This document shows, in pieces, positions 38,273 to 50,400 of a DNA stretch of 64,000 nucleotides. Numbering within the stretch: the stretch's first letter is position 1; the number at the start of each line of letters is the position of its first letter. A program made the position numbers and the translations under genes. The notes under the pieces are model-generated. The model saw nothing but the letters and a program-made list of their open reading frames with translations. It was not told the origin of the DNA and searched no databases. The stretch covers positions 22,215-86,214 of the forward strand of contig JAWOLH010000023.1 of the NCBI GenBank assembly GCA_033853695.1, written 5' to 3'. The stretch comes from Gemmatimonadales bacterium (lineage in GTDB: Bacteria; Gemmatimonadota; Gemmatimonadetes; Gemmatimonadales; GWC2-71-9).

Positions 38273-40733
38273 GCCTCGCCCCAAGGCCTAACAAGTTCGC
38301 GAACAGTCGATACGCCCCGACGACGCCCACGGGCAGCTGCCGGAAGAAGCTGAGTCCCGTGTAGACGTACGTGCCTCGGCCCAGCGGCGCGACGAGCATT
38401 CCTCCCTCGAGCGGTGGACCACCGGAATCATGCATCTCGAGCATCGGGACGTAGGTCGAGTCCCAGTCGTGCGCGAAGTAGAGCCCGCGCTCCTGTACCC
38501 ACCCCTGCCAATCCTCGGGCTCGATCGCGTTGGGCACGCGGAACAGCGGAGCGGAGGGCTGGAGCAGCGTCACCGGGGCGGCCTCGTCCGTGACCCGGTC
38601 GTGCGGCTGGGCAATCGTCATTCGATACGGCGCGAATCCGCCGCTGATGAACGGGTACTGCTGGTATTGCACGATCACGAGGCCGCCGCTGCGGGCGTAG
38701 TCGAGCAGACGCCCGTTCGACCGCACGAGCGCCCGATCGGTCTCGTACGCCCGGCTTCCCACCACGATCGCGTCGAACCTCGAGAGATCGCCCCGCTCGA
38801 GCGAATCGGCGTCGAGCAGGACGATCGGCACGCCGACCTCCTGCAGCGCCTCGGGCACGCGATCCGACGCGCCGCGGATATAGCCGACGCGCGCCAGACC
38901 CGGGAGGAGAATTCTCGCGACCTCGATCTCCACCGTCGAGGGATGCACCGAGGGGCGCGGGCGAATGTGCGGGTAGTCGATGATCGACAACGCGCCCTCG
39001 CTCACGTGGCCATCTGCGCCCGTCACGCTCGCCTTGAGCGTGAAGCTCCCGGCGGCAGCCGCGGCCGGGAGGCGTACCGTGAACACCGCGCTTCGCTCTT
39101 CGTCCTCGCGGCTGAAACTCAAGGACTCGGGTCGTACGGGCGACCAGGACGCGGGGACCGAGAGCCGGACGACCCCTGTCGCGGCGCCACGCGACCGGTT
39201 GGTGACCGTCACGGTGATCGTGCGGGCGGCGCCGGTGGATCCGTCGATCGGCCAGACGATCATCGCGGGCGACACGGCGACGTCGAACGGCTGCGTGACG
39301 AGAATCGGCCGCCGGATTTCGCCGACGGCCTGGTCGCGGTAGCGGTAGGCGACTTCACGGTCGAGGGTGACCGCCGTTCCAGCGATCGTGGCGCGCACAT
39401 GCGCGACGAGCGGCGGCGGCTCGAACGGCAAGCCGCGAACGTCGGCGGGCACTCCGCTCCAGTCGTAGAGCGCGCCGGTGAGCGGCCGGCGCAGGAAGTA
39501 CGGCTGCGACCGTGGCGCATCGGTGGGGATCGTAACGGCGAAGTGGCGCACCACGATCGCCCCCGGAGCAACGCTGCCGCTCGGCGGCTCGAGCCGGTCG
39601 ACTTGCCAGCCGGGCGGCGCCGAGAACTCCACGGCACTGAATGCCATCGGCGCGGATCCCGTATTCCAGAGGCTGACCTCGACCTGGAGTCGCTGCTCCG
39701 CGATCACGATGCCATCATCGGCGGTGCCGTCGATGATCACGCCGGCCGCCTCCGCGATCGCGGCGTCGAGAATCGCGCGCTGCTCGTCGTCTCCGGAACG
39801 AAGCGCCCCCGCGGCCCGACCGAGAAGCGGCACGATCCGCTCCGGAGCGTACGGGGTGAGCGCCGCGCGCGCAGAATCGATCAGGGCCGGGTAGCGTGTT
39901 CCGCCGGGCCAGGCGGTGTCGACCCCCGCGAACATTCCGACGGCATTCCCGACCTTCGACTCGACCAGCATGGAGCGCGAGAAGGCGGGCCCCATCCGCT
40001 GCAGTTGCCCCATGTCCTGCGAGCGATGCCGGCTGCGTCCCGCCATCGCGATCTGGAAGTATGACTGGCCCACGAGCGGATCGAGGACGCCGGTTGGAAT
40101 CGTGAGCGTCGTCCCCGCGGTGTCGAAGTTCGTCGACCGGTACAGCTTTACCGGCCCCCAGGTGGAGTCGCGCAACAGATCGAACGCCTGCCGGGCCAGG
40201 ATGCCTGCCGCCTGATGGTTGCCATGCCCGTCGCGTGGAGTTCCGGAGAAGATCGATACGATGATCTGCGGCTTGAAGCGTCGAATCACGTCCAGGACGT
40301 CGTGCAGCACCGAGTCGTGCGGCCAGAAGCGGAACGTCTCCTCGGCGGTCTTGGAGAAGCCGAAATCGTAGGCGCGCGTGAAGAACTGGTGCGCCCCGTC
40401 GATCGAGCGTGCGGCGAGCAGCTCTTCGCTGCGGATGATCCCGAGCTCGGGCCCCAGCTCCTCGCCGATGAGGTTCTGGCCGCCCTCCCCGCGATTGAGC
40501 GAGAGATAGGCAGCCTGGGCGCCGAGTCCGCGGGACAACCACGTCAGGAGCTGCGTGTCTTCGTCGTCGGGGTGGGCGCCGATGACCAGCACGCGCTTGT
40601 TGGCACCGAGCTGGCGCAGCGCGTTGGCCAACGCCGCGACGCCGCCGGTGCCGGCGGGGGTGAGCTGCTGTGCCCGGGCGGCGCCGGCGGCGCCGAAGCC
40701 GATCGCCGCCAGAACGAGGAGCGCGCGTCGCAC
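38262..40733 (-). CDS. Secreted PIG-L/LmbE family deacetylase with NEW3-like and class I GATase-like C-terminal domains
   Basis: Signal peptide, GAHPDDED, RGEGGQN, DFGFSK, HGNH and RSRHRSQ; C-terminal YTGLSFFRQLP. Confidence 0.9.
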   Translation of the reverse strand: MRRALLVLAAIGFGAAGAARAQQLTPAGTGGVAALANALRQLGANKRVLVIGAHPDDEDTQLLTWLSRGLGAQAAYLSLNRGEGGQNLIGEELGPELGIIRSEELLAARSIDGAHQFFTRAYDFGFSKTAEETFRFWPHDSVLHDVLDVIRRFKPQIIVSIFSGTPRDGHGNHQAAGILARQAFDLLRDSTWGPVKLYRSTNFDTAGTTLTIPTGVLDPLVGQSYFQIAMAGRSRHRSQDMGQLQRMGPAFSRSMLVESKVGNAVGMFAGVDTAWPGGTRYPALIDSARAALTPYAPERIVPLLGRAAGALRSGDDEQRAILDAAIAEAAGVIIDGTADDGIVIAEQRLQVEVSLWNTGSAPMAFSAVEFSAPPGWQVDRLEPPSGSVAPGAIVVRHFAVTIPTDAPRSQPYFLRRPLTGALYDWSGVPADVRGLPFEPPPLVAHVRATIAGTAVTLDREVAYRYRDQAVGEIRRPILVTQPFDVAVSPAMIVWPIDGSTGAARTITVTVTNRSRGAATGVVRLSVPASWSPVRPESLSFSREDEERSAVFTVRLPAAAAAGSFTLKASVTGADGHVSEGALSIIDYPHIRPRPSVHPSTVEIEVARILLPGLARVGYIRGASDRVPEALQEVGVPIVLLDADSLERGDLSRFDAIVVGSRAYETDRALVRSNGRLLDYARSGGLVIVQYQQYPFISGGFAPYRMTIAQPHDRVTDEAAPVTLLQPSAPLFRVPNAIEPEDWQGWVQERGLYFAHDWDSTYVPMLEMHDSGGPPLEGGMLVAPLGRGTYVYTGLSFFRQLPVGVVGAYRLFANLLGLGARHVP

Positions 40734-41736
40734 TATCGGGAAAGGTACACGGTACCACCCTTCATAACGAACCGGACTCGCTGGAGTTCCGTGATGTCAC
40801 GGAGGGGGTCGCCGCCGACCGCGATGATGTCCGCGAACTGTCCGGGCGCCACCGATCCGAAATTGTCCTGCTGGCCCAGGACCTCGGCGGCGAGCGACGT
40901 GCCCGACTTGATCGCCTGCATCGGCGGCATGCCGTACTGGACATAGTACTCGAATTCCTTCGCCTCGTTGAGCTCGGTCCAAGGAAAGCCGCCCACGTCC
41001 GTCCCCATCACGATCTTGACGCCCTTCCTGAGCGCGCGTCCGAAGGCGGCCCGCTGGTGGTCGACCATCGGCTTCCACACGCCGCCCCGCGGATCCGCGA
41101 CGTAGTGCGACACCGTTCATCGACGATGGCCTTCGCCTCCTCGTCGGTGAGGTTCGCCCAGCTGGGCGGCATGGAATCGGGCGCGAAGTAGTAGCGGCGG
41201 TCGGCGTAGTACTTGATCCAGTTGGCGCCGTGCGCGACCTGCTCACGCACGGCAAGGCGGGCCCCATTGACGCCGTCGACGGCTGGACGCCGTGCGGCAG
41301 TTCGAGCTCCCAGTTGGTCGAGACGATGGGATACATCCCCGTCGGCGCCATGGCCCGCGTCGCCGCGAAGATGCGGGGACCGGGGACTTCACCGCGGTTT
41401 ATCGCGAGCTTCAGGTCCACGTCGCCATACATCGCTCCTTCGGTTTCGAGATCGCGCAGCGCCGTGAAGCCGTGCTCGAGCGACAGCCGCGCGTTGCGGG
41501 CTGCGAGGATCGATCATCTTGGCGTCGCCCGCCTGCGCCTGGATTTGCGCCAGGGGTCCGACCGCCGTCACGCGATCCCCCACGATCAGGATCCCCACAT
41601 TCGCCCGGGCTTGGTCGGACCGCCCCTCGATTAGCCGCCCAGCCTTGATGAAGATCCGTGAAGGCGGCGGCGTTGGCGCGTTCTGTGCAGCCAGTGGAGC
41701 CGCGAACATGCCGACGACCAAGACGATGCGGCGCAT
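40733..41736 (-). pseudogene. Disrupted secreted amidohydrolase (Xaa-Pro dipeptidase-like)
   Basis: Family segments lie in different frames: ..GDAKMID | ILAARNARLSLEHGFTALRDLETEG..PHGVQ | VDG..AVREQVAHGANWIKYY..KAIVDE | ..GVKIVMGTDVG..GSVAPGQFADIIAV. The HxH segment and the central His segment are missing. Confidence 0.8.
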
Positions 41737-41790
41737 GAAGATCTCCGGAGTGCGTTCGGGCGGGGCGAATTTAGTACATTAGTACTTGAT

Positions 41791-43662
41791 ATGACTACCA
41801 CGGCCGCCCCCCCCAAACCCAGCGTCAGCGCCGACGAAGCGCGCGCCGTCGCCGAGGCGGCACGCGAGGAGCAGTGGGCCGCGCCGAGCTTTGTGCGCGA
41901 CCTCTTCCTGGGCAGGTTGCGGATGGATCTGATTCACCCCTATCCGCTGCAGGACGCCGCCGAAGCCGAGCGAGCCAGGCCGTTCCTCGAGAAACTGCAC
42001 CGGCTCCTGGCGAGCGTCGATTCCGACAAGATCGACCGCGAAGGCGAGATTCCGCCGGAGGTCGTCCAGGGACTGAAGGACATCGGTGCGTTCGGTATCA
42101 AGATCCCGCGGGAGTACGGCGGCCTGGGTTTGTCGCAGCTGTCCTATATGAAGGCGATCGAGCTCGTGTCCTCCGTCGACGGCTCGATCACCGCTCTCCT
42201 GTCGGCCCACCAGTCGATCGGCGTGCCGCAGCCGCTGAAGATGTTCGGGAGCGAGGCGCAGAAGAAGAAATACTTCCCGCGCCTCGCGAAGGGCGCCGTC
42301 TCGGCGTTCGCGCTGACGGAGCCGAACGTCGGCTCCGATCCGGCGGCCATGGAGACCACCGCCGAACTCGCGCCGGACGGCGAAACGTGGATCCTGAACG
42401 GCGAAAAGCTGTGGTGCACCAACGGGACGATCGCCGAGCTCCTCATCGTCATGGCCCGGACGCCGTCGAAATTCATCGGCGGGAAGGAAAAGAAGCAGAT
42501 CACGGCGTTCATCGTCGAAGCGAACTCGCCGGGCGTTCAGGTGGCGCATCGGTGCCACTTCATGGGGTTGAAGGCGATCTACAACGGCGTCGTCACCTTC
42601 ACCAACGTGCGCGTGCCGAAGGAGAACGTGCTCTGGGGTGAGGGCAAAGGCCTGAAGCTGGCGCTCATCACGTTGAACACCGGTCGACTGACGCTGCCGA
42701 TCTCGGCGGTCGCCTGCGGCAAACGCTGCCTCGAGATCTCGCGCCAGTGGGCGGACGAGCGCGTTCAGTGGGGTCGGAAGATCGGCCAGCACGACGCCGT
42801 GGCCCAGAAGATCGGGACGATGGCGGCCAACACCCTGGCCATGGAAGCGGTCGCCGAGCTCTGCGGCGCGCTCGCCGACCGGGGCAAGTCCGACATCCGC
42901 CTCGAAGCGGCGATGGCCAAGCTGTACAACTCGGAAGCGGGCTGGCGCATCATCGACGACACCGTACAGGTGCGTGGCGGGCGGGGTTACGAGACGGCGG
43001 ACTCGCTGCGTGCCCGGGGTGAGAAGCCGGTGCCGGTCGAGCGTATCATGCGCGACTTCCGCATCAACCTGATCTTCGAGGGCAGCTCCGAGATCATGCA
43101 TCTCTTCATCGCCCGCGAGGCCGTGGACAAGCACCTCCAGGTGGCGGGCGACGTCGTGATGCCGGGGAAGACCGCGGGCCAGCGTCTCGCGGGTCTGATC
43201 CGCGCAGCGCTGTTCTACGGCTGGTGGTATCCGTCCCGCTGGATCGGATGGGGGTTCTGGCCCAAGTACGCCGAGTTCGGTCCACTCGCTGAACACGTGC
43301 GGTTCGTCGAGCGCGCTGCCCGTCGTCTCGCCCGCAACGTCTTCCATGCCATGATGCGGTTCGGCCCGAAGCTCGAGCTGCGCCAGGGCGTGCTGTTTCG
43401 TCTGGTGGACATCGGGTCGGAGCTCTTCGCCATGGCCGCGACTAGCGCCCGGGCAGCGCGACTGGTGCGCGACGATCCCACGGCCGGCGCGCACGCGGTC
43501 AAGGTCGCCGACGTCTTCTGCCGCCAGGCCCGGGGGCGCGTGAAAGCCAAGTTCCACGGACTGTGGCGCAATGAGGACGTACCGACGTACCGCATCGCGC
43601 AGGAAGTCCTCCGCGGCGAACATGCGTGGCTGGAGAAGGGGATGGTTCAACTGGAGTCGTAA
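41791..43662 (+). CDS. Acyl-CoA dehydrogenase (ACAD9/VLCAD-like)
   Basis: [39 protein letters not shown] and IFEGSSEI. Confidence 0.95.
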   Translation: MTTTAAPPKPSVSADEARAVAEAAREEQWAAPSFVRDLFLGRLRMDLIHPYPLQDAAEAERARPFLEKLHRLLASVDSDKIDREGEIPPEVVQGLKDIGAFGIKIPREYGGLGLSQLSYMKAIELVSSVDGSITALLSAHQSIGVPQPLKMFGSEAQKKKYFPRLAKGAVSAFALTEPNVGSDPAAMETTAELAPDGETWILNGEKLWCTNGTIAELLIVMARTPSKFIGGKEKKQITAFIVEANSPGVQVAHRCHFMGLKAIYNGVVTFTNVRVPKENVLWGEGKGLKLALITLNTGRLTLPISAVACGKRCLEISRQWADERVQWGRKIGQHDAVAQKIGTMAANTLAMEAVAELCGALADRGKSDIRLEAAMAKLYNSEAGWRIIDDTVQVRGGRGYETADSLRARGEKPVPVERIMRDFRINLIFEGSSEIMHLFIAREAVDKHLQVAGDVVMPGKTAGQRLAGLIRAALFYGWWYPSRWIGWGFWPKYAEFGPLAEHVRFVERAARRLARNVFHAMMRFGPKLELRQGVLFRLVDIGSELFAMAATSARAARLVRDDPTAGAHAVKVADVFCRQARGRVKAKFHGLWRNEDVPTYRIAQEVLRGEHAWLEKGMVQLES

Positions 43663-43728
43663 GCGTCACGGGACAAACCACAAGAACACTTACCAGACGG
43701 CGAAGCGACCAGTGGTGGTCAGAATCAA

Positions 43729-43759
43729 GCGGCCAGGCGCTCCCATGAGACCTGGCCGC
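43729..43759. terminator. GC-rich hairpin between convergent genes (possible terminator)
   Basis: GCGGCCAGG (43729-43737) pairs with CCTGGCCGC (43751-43759); no clear U-tract. Confidence 0.35.
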
Positions 43760-43774
43760 GCTGGTCTTCGGTCT

Positions 43775-44470
43775 TCAGGCCGCCTGATGAGCGATCATGA
43801 TGCTCTTCAGCCGTTCCGGGCTGTCTCCCACTGCATCACCATAGAGCGACGGGGTGCTCTCCTGGTCGGGGAGGACGTTCGGGCAGATGAACTCGTACTG
43901 CCGTGCCCGGATCCGCTCCATGGCCGAAGCGCTCGCCACCGGTGTCGCGATCGCGATGCGCCTGCCGCCGAGTTCCGCCACCGCGCGGGCGGCGGCCAGC
44001 ACTTTCCACGGGTAGAAGACCTGCCCATCGATCACGATGATCTGGCGGCCCTCGAACTTCTTGATCGGCCGCTGGGTCCGGTACAACACCAGGTCCCGCC
44101 GGACCCGTGCGCGGGACTCTTCGATGGCCGAGCCGAGCTTGTCGATCAGGTTCGCGCCGGGAGCGAATTCCGGGTCCATCTCCGTGGAGGACTCGGTCTC
44201 CGCGAGCGCCCCGATGGGAGCGAGGTTGGCCCCCAGTCGGATGAATGCCGACACGATGACGTCGAAGCTCGCCCCCATCGCCTTGGCGGCGTTCGCGGCG
44301 ATCTCCACCCCCTCGGGCGTGACGCCCAGCAGGAGGCACGAGATGTAGCCTTGCGACGCGAGCAGCGCGCCGAGGCTCGCCCCGGCGGCGGAGCGTGTGG
44401 GGTACAGGCTCTGGCGCGGCGGCGTGCGGGAGGGCGGTGCCGGAGAGGGTGGGTTGGGAGCCGGGCTCAC
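43775..44470 (-). CDS. Degenerate type I phosphoribosyltransferase-like protein
   Basis: YPTRSAAGASLG..LLGVTPEGVEIA..FDVIV..IGALAE..YR..EGRQIIVIDG..IAIATPVAS follows the small PRTase family layout. Confidence 0.7.
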   Translation of the reverse strand: MSPAPNPPSPAPPSRTPPRQSLYPTRSAAGASLGALLASQGYISCLLLGVTPEGVEIAANAAKAMGASFDVIVSAFIRLGANLAPIGALAETESSTEMDPEFAPGANLIDKLGSAIEESRARVRRDLVLYRTQRPIKKFEGRQIIVIDGQVFYPWKVLAAARAVAELGGRRIAIATPVASASAMERIRARQYEFICPNVLPDQESTPSLYGDAVGDSPERLKSIMIAHQAA

Positions 44471-44555
44471 TCTGGCAAAATACGAGAATTGCGCGTTCCG
44501 AACAGTGGCGGGGTATCTTTCCCCGCGATTTCTCAACTCAATACCCGAGCCCCAA

Positions 44556-45842
<1,287 letters not shown>

Positions 45843-45945
45843 GGCGTCAAGACAGACCCGTCGATGGTCAGCGTCGAGTGAGTACGTCGGGACCAACCGT
45901 ACGGCCTCACTCGACGTTTCTGGTTGACGATTTCTCTCGACGCGT
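45843..45945. repeat. Palindromic ~13-nt-periodic intergenic repeat, copy 1
   Basis: CGTCRR units near 45845, 45859, 45872 and 45885, then inverted TYGACG units near 45911, 45924 and 45937. Confidence 0.65.
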
Positions 45946-45953
45946 CCGTGATC

Positions 45954-47168
45954 TTACCGCCGCCGTGCCCCACTCCGTCCCCGGACCGTCAACGACGGCC
46001 GTTTCACGGCGGGCTCGAGCGATTTCGGCTGCAGCGGGGCAACCGACGGCTCAAACCCGGGGATCACTTCCCGCGGAAAGACCTGGCCCACCAGCTTCTC
46101 GATATCCGCCATCATGAGCCACTCGTCGGGTGACAGGAGCGTCAGCGCGAGCCCGCGGGCACCCGCCCGCGCCGTGCGGCCGACCCGGTGCACGTACGTC
46201 TCGGGATCGGCGGGCACGTCGTAGTTGACGACCATCCGGATGCCCTCCACGTCGATGCCGCGGGCGGCAATGTCGGTCGCCACCAAGATCTCGGCCGAGC
46301 CGGTGCGGAACGCGTCGAGGGTGCGGGTCCGGTGACTCTGCGCTTTGTCGCCATGAATCGCGTTGGATGTGATCCCGGAGCGCCGCAGGAACGTGACCAG
46401 CTTGTCGGCGCCGTACTTCGTCCGCGTGAAGATCAGCGTCTGGCCCGCGGGCTTCGCCTGCAGGATCGCCGCCAGTACATCGCGTTTCTTCAGTTTGTCG
46501 GCGGCGACGATGACGTGCTCGATCCCTTCGGCGGCCTGGGCGCGCCGTCCGATCTCCACAGAGGCATGGCCCGACAGCGCGCTGCGTGCCAGGGCGTCCA
46601 CCTCGGCTGAAATCGTCGCCGAGAAGAGCAGCGTCTGCCGCTCCTCGGGCAGCGCCCGCAGGATGCGCTTGACGTCGGGCGCGAAACCCATGTCGAGCAT
46701 GCGGTCGGCCTCGTCCAGTACCAGGACCTCGAGATGCGAATAGTCCACGTGGCCCCGTTCCATGTGGTCCAGCAGCCGCCCCGGCGTGGCGACGATGATG
46801 TCTACGCCGCGTGCCAGCGCCTTGGTCTGGGGCTCCATGCCTACACCGCCGTAGACGGCGGCGGCGCTGACCGACAGATGGCGGCCGTAGGTACGGGCGC
46901 TCTGCAGCACCTGCTCGGCCAGTTCCCGCGTGGGAACGAGGATGAGGGCGCGCAGCGCGTGTCCGCGCTTACCCCTGGCGAGACGCTGCAGGATCGGCAG
47001 CATGAATGCAGCGGTCTTGCCCGTCCCCGTCTGCGCCGATCCGATGACGTCGCGCCCCGCGAGGGCGAGCGGGATGGTTTCCTGTTGAATGGGGGTGGGG
47101 TGCTCATAGCCCTCTTCGAAGACGGCGCGCACCAATTCGGGCACGAGGCCCAGTGAAGCAAATGGCAT
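45954..47168 (-). CDS. rhlE: DEAD-box RNA helicase (RhlE-like)
   Basis: PTPIQ, AQTGTGKT, PTRELA, TPGRLLD, DEAD, SAT, HGDKAQ, ARGID and HRVGRTARAG. Confidence 0.92.
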   Translation of the reverse strand: MPFASLGLVPELVRAVFEEGYEHPTPIQQETIPLALAGRDVIGSAQTGTGKTAAFMLPILQRLARGKRGHALRALILVPTRELAEQVLQSARTYGRHLSVSAAAVYGGVGMEPQTKALARGVDIIVATPGRLLDHMERGHVDYSHLEVLVLDEADRMLDMGFAPDVKRILRALPEERQTLLFSATISAEVDALARSALSGHASVEIGRRAQAAEGIEHVIVAADKLKKRDVLAAILQAKPAGQTLIFTRTKYGADKLVTFLRRSGITSNAIHGDKAQSHRTRTLDAFRTGSAEILVATDIAARGIDVEGIRMVVNYDVPADPETYVHRVGRTARAGARGLALTLLSPDEWLMMADIEKLVGQVFPREVIPGFEPSVAPLQPKSLEPAVKRPSLTVRGRSGARRR

Positions 47169-47347
47169 AACGACGGAATACTCCTTGCCTGCACACACGC
47201 GCGCCCGCGGCGACCGAATGTCGCCGAGCAGCGTCGCTCTTCGTGTTGCGAACCTGGGGAATGAGACCGGGCGTGTGTTCAGCGCCGGTGCCCGCTCCTG
47301 AGCGGGACCGTCCTACGGAAGGATGCCAGCTCGCGGTTCAGACTGCG
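47169..47347 (-). promoter_or_regulatory. Long structured 5' leader of the helicase gene
   Basis: Several hairpins (CTCGC/GCGAG, CCCGCTC/GAGCGGG, GGCGAC/GTCGCC) and a long-range CACACG/CGTGTG pair ending just before the AAGGAG RBS. Confidence 0.5.
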
Positions 47348-47353
47348 AGGGGA

Positions 47354-47382
47354 AGGCTAACGGTGTCGAGGATAATCGTCAA
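47354..47382 (-). promoter_or_regulatory. Putative sigma70 promoter of the helicase gene
   Basis: Minus strand TTGACG-N17-TAGCCT. Confidence 0.55.
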
Positions 47383-47443
47383 GAGAGAGCGTCGAGAAGA
47401 GGCGTGCGACCGAACGTCCCTTCTCGATGCTCCCCTCGACGGT
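47364..47443. repeat. Palindromic ~13-nt-periodic intergenic repeat, copy 2
   Basis: GTCGAGGATAAT-CGTCAAGAGAGAG-CGTCGAGAAGAGG-CGTG... followed by TTCTCGATG-CTCCCCTCGACG. Confidence 0.65.
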
Positions 47444-47444
47444 G

Positions 47445-50400
47445 TTACTTGGCGGCGGTCGGTTCTTCTCCCCACCACCACATCGTCGGCAGCTTCTTCT
47501 CCCGCGGCCAGACCTCGTCGAGAGACGGTCCGTCGTAGAGGCGGCCGTTTTTCATCACGTAGTGAATCGTGTTCGTGTTGTGGATGTCCTGCATCGGATC
47601 ACCGTCGAGCACGATGAGGTCCGCATACTTCCCGGGCTCGATGGAGCCGATGTCCTTGTCCATGCCCAGGGCCCGCGCGCCGTCGATCGTGCCGACGCGG
47701 ATGACCTCGAGCGGCGTCATGCCGCCCGTGCTCATCGCCCACAGCTCCCAATGGCAGCCGATGCCGTCCATCTCGCCGTGGCACCCCATCCCGACGTTGC
47801 CGCCGGCCCGGAGCACCGCGGCGGCCGAGGCGGCGATCCGGTTGAACACGTACTGATCGTCGCGGAACCATTCGCGCCGCTGGAAGCGCTCATCGAGTAT
47901 CTCGTGCGGCACGAAGCGGCGCATCTTCGGATCGTCGTGCCCGTTGTAATGCTCGAAGTAGTAGTCCTCTCCGAACGGGCCGCCGTAATTGACGAGCAGC
48001 GTCGGCGTGTAGGTGATCCCCGACTGGACCGTGAGCTGAATCGCGTCCTGGTAGAGCGGCATGATCGGATAGCTGTGCTCGTGGCCCGGATAGCCGTCCA
48101 GCATCTCGGTGAGGTTCATCTTGAAGTCGAGCCCACCTTCGGTGGTGGGCATGAGGCCCAGCTCCCTCGCCGCCATGATCACCCACTGGCGCTGCTTGCG
48201 GTTCCCCACCATGTACTGCTTGATCCAGTGCGTGTGGTAGAACTCGCTGTAACGCTTCAGCGTGTTGCGGGCGTCGTCGAGACTCTGGAGATTCTCGCTC
48301 CAGAACACCCCCGGCCCGGTGTGATACAGCCGCGGCCCGATCAGCTCTCCCGTCTCGATCTGGTCGGCGTAGGTCAAGACGTCCGTCGTGGCGGTCTGCG
48401 GATCGCGTACCGTCGTCACTCCCCAGGCCAGATTGGCCAGGTACTTCCAGACCTGCGTCTGGTGCACGCCGAACTGCGCCCAGGGATGCGCATGGACGTC
48501 GACCAGGCCGGGGATGATCGTCTTCCCCGTCACGTCGATGATGCGGGCGTTGGCGGGCACGGTTCCCCCGCCCTGTGGACCGACCCACACGACTCGATCG
48601 TCGGTCACGATCACGTCGCCCTTGTCGATCACCTCATCACCCTTCATGGTGATCACCCGCGCGCCGCGCAGCACCACGGTCCCACGCGGCACGTCGCGCG
48701 GCACGCGAATCACGACGTCGGTCCGCAACCCTTCGTACGCGGGCAGCTTGGCGAGCGAATCCACACGGGCGCGCGCGGCCGAATCGGGCTTGGGGCGCGT
48801 CGTGTCCGCCTGCGCCTTCTTCAGGGAGTCGGCCCGGATCGAATCGGTGCGCGCCTTGAGCTTCTGGAGCGAATCGCCGACCGCGAGGTCCCAGCGGAAG
48901 AACGACGCCCCGATCGACCAGGTCGCCATTCTTCCATCGGCACTCCAGCCGATGAAGTCGCCGCCAATCCGGGTCAACCGCTTCACCGGGAACGCAGCGG
49001 CGTTCGGGTCCGAGACGTTCACCGTCGGCGTTTCGCCGCCCACCTCCGGCAGCATGACGAGGTAGACGTTGTTGCCTTGGAGCGCGACGACGCGGTCGGT
49101 GTCCGGACTGATGATGACCTCGTCCGCCGCATCGGGCTCGGCGCCGGGACTGGGATAGGTGTAGCCGTTCACCTTGATGTAACTGCGCCGGTCCGTGCCG
49201 TCCCAGCGGACCGAGACGAGCCCCGCCGTGTCGGCGTAGTAGTAGATCCGATCCGAGCTGCGCGCGAAGTGCGGCCGACCGACGCCGTCGTACGGGGTGA
49301 TGCGCGTCGGGGTGCCGCCGGCAGCGGGCACCCAGACGAGATCGTAGCCGGGCCCGAAGCGTTCGTTGATGCGCGCCTGGCGTGGCCCCTTTACGGCGAC
49401 GATGCGCTCGCCGTCCGGTGACCACACCGGCGAATCGTAGAACGCCGGGTCGGCCACGAGCCGCGTGCGCGATTTGCCGTCCGCGCGGACCTTCATGAGC
49501 GAGCCGCCGAGCCCTGAGGTCCAGGTCACGTAGGCCACCCATTGGCCGTCCGGCGACCACGTCGGCGCCTGCTCGTGCACGGTGTCGTCGGTGAGCCGGT
49601 GCGGCGTTCCCCCGAGGTCCATGACGTAGAGCTTGTCGAGCGCGCTGAAGGCGATCCGCTTGCCGTCGGGCGAGAGGCGCGCATCCCGGATCTGGCGAAT
49701 CTGGACCGCGCCGGTATCGACGTGATTTTCGAACCGCACGAGGGGCCCGAGCCGCTCGGTGACGTGCGCCGTGAACGGGATCTGGGTCGCCTGTCCCGAC
49801 GGGACCTCGATGCGCATCAGCTTGCCGCCGTACGACGTGATCAGGGCGCGCGAATCCGGGGTCCACGAGCTGCCCGGCTCGAGATCGCGGGTGAAGCGCG
49901 ATTCCTGGTCGTCGCGCGTCACGGGATAGGCGAGCCACTTCTCGTCGCCGGTGGCCAGGTTGCGGAGCCGCAACCCCGTCTCGGTGTCGTAGCGCGTCGC
50001 GTAGACCAGCCACTTGCCGTCGGGCGACGGGATGGGCCGCATCGCACTGCCGTAGAGATCGGTCTGAACGAACGTTTTCCCCGTCTGCCGGTCGTAGATC
50101 GCGACCTGCCACAGCGGGTATTTCAAGTCGTAGCCGAATCCGTTGCGATGCCTGGCGAACCAGACGTAGCGCGGATCAGAACCGAACGCCGCTCCCAGCG
50201 TGTTCCATCCCTGGCCGCCGAACAACCCGCCCTTCACGCCGGACTTGATCATCGCGGTGCCCGAGCCGCCGTCCTTGTGATAGAGCCAGAGCTCGTAAAT
50301 GCTCCCCAGCTCGCTGGTCCGCGAAGCGACGATGTAGTTGCCGTCGGGCGTCCATTCGGGGCTGGCGTACAGGTTCGTCAGACCCTTCGTGATGGGCTTG

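Noticed and set aside
40733-41736. Programmed frameshifting in the amidohydrolase
   Set aside because: Essential metal-ligand segments are physically missing and no slippery sequence is evident.
44489-44519. TTGCGC...TATCTT as gltA promoter
   Set aside because: Spacer is 19 nt; too weak to call.
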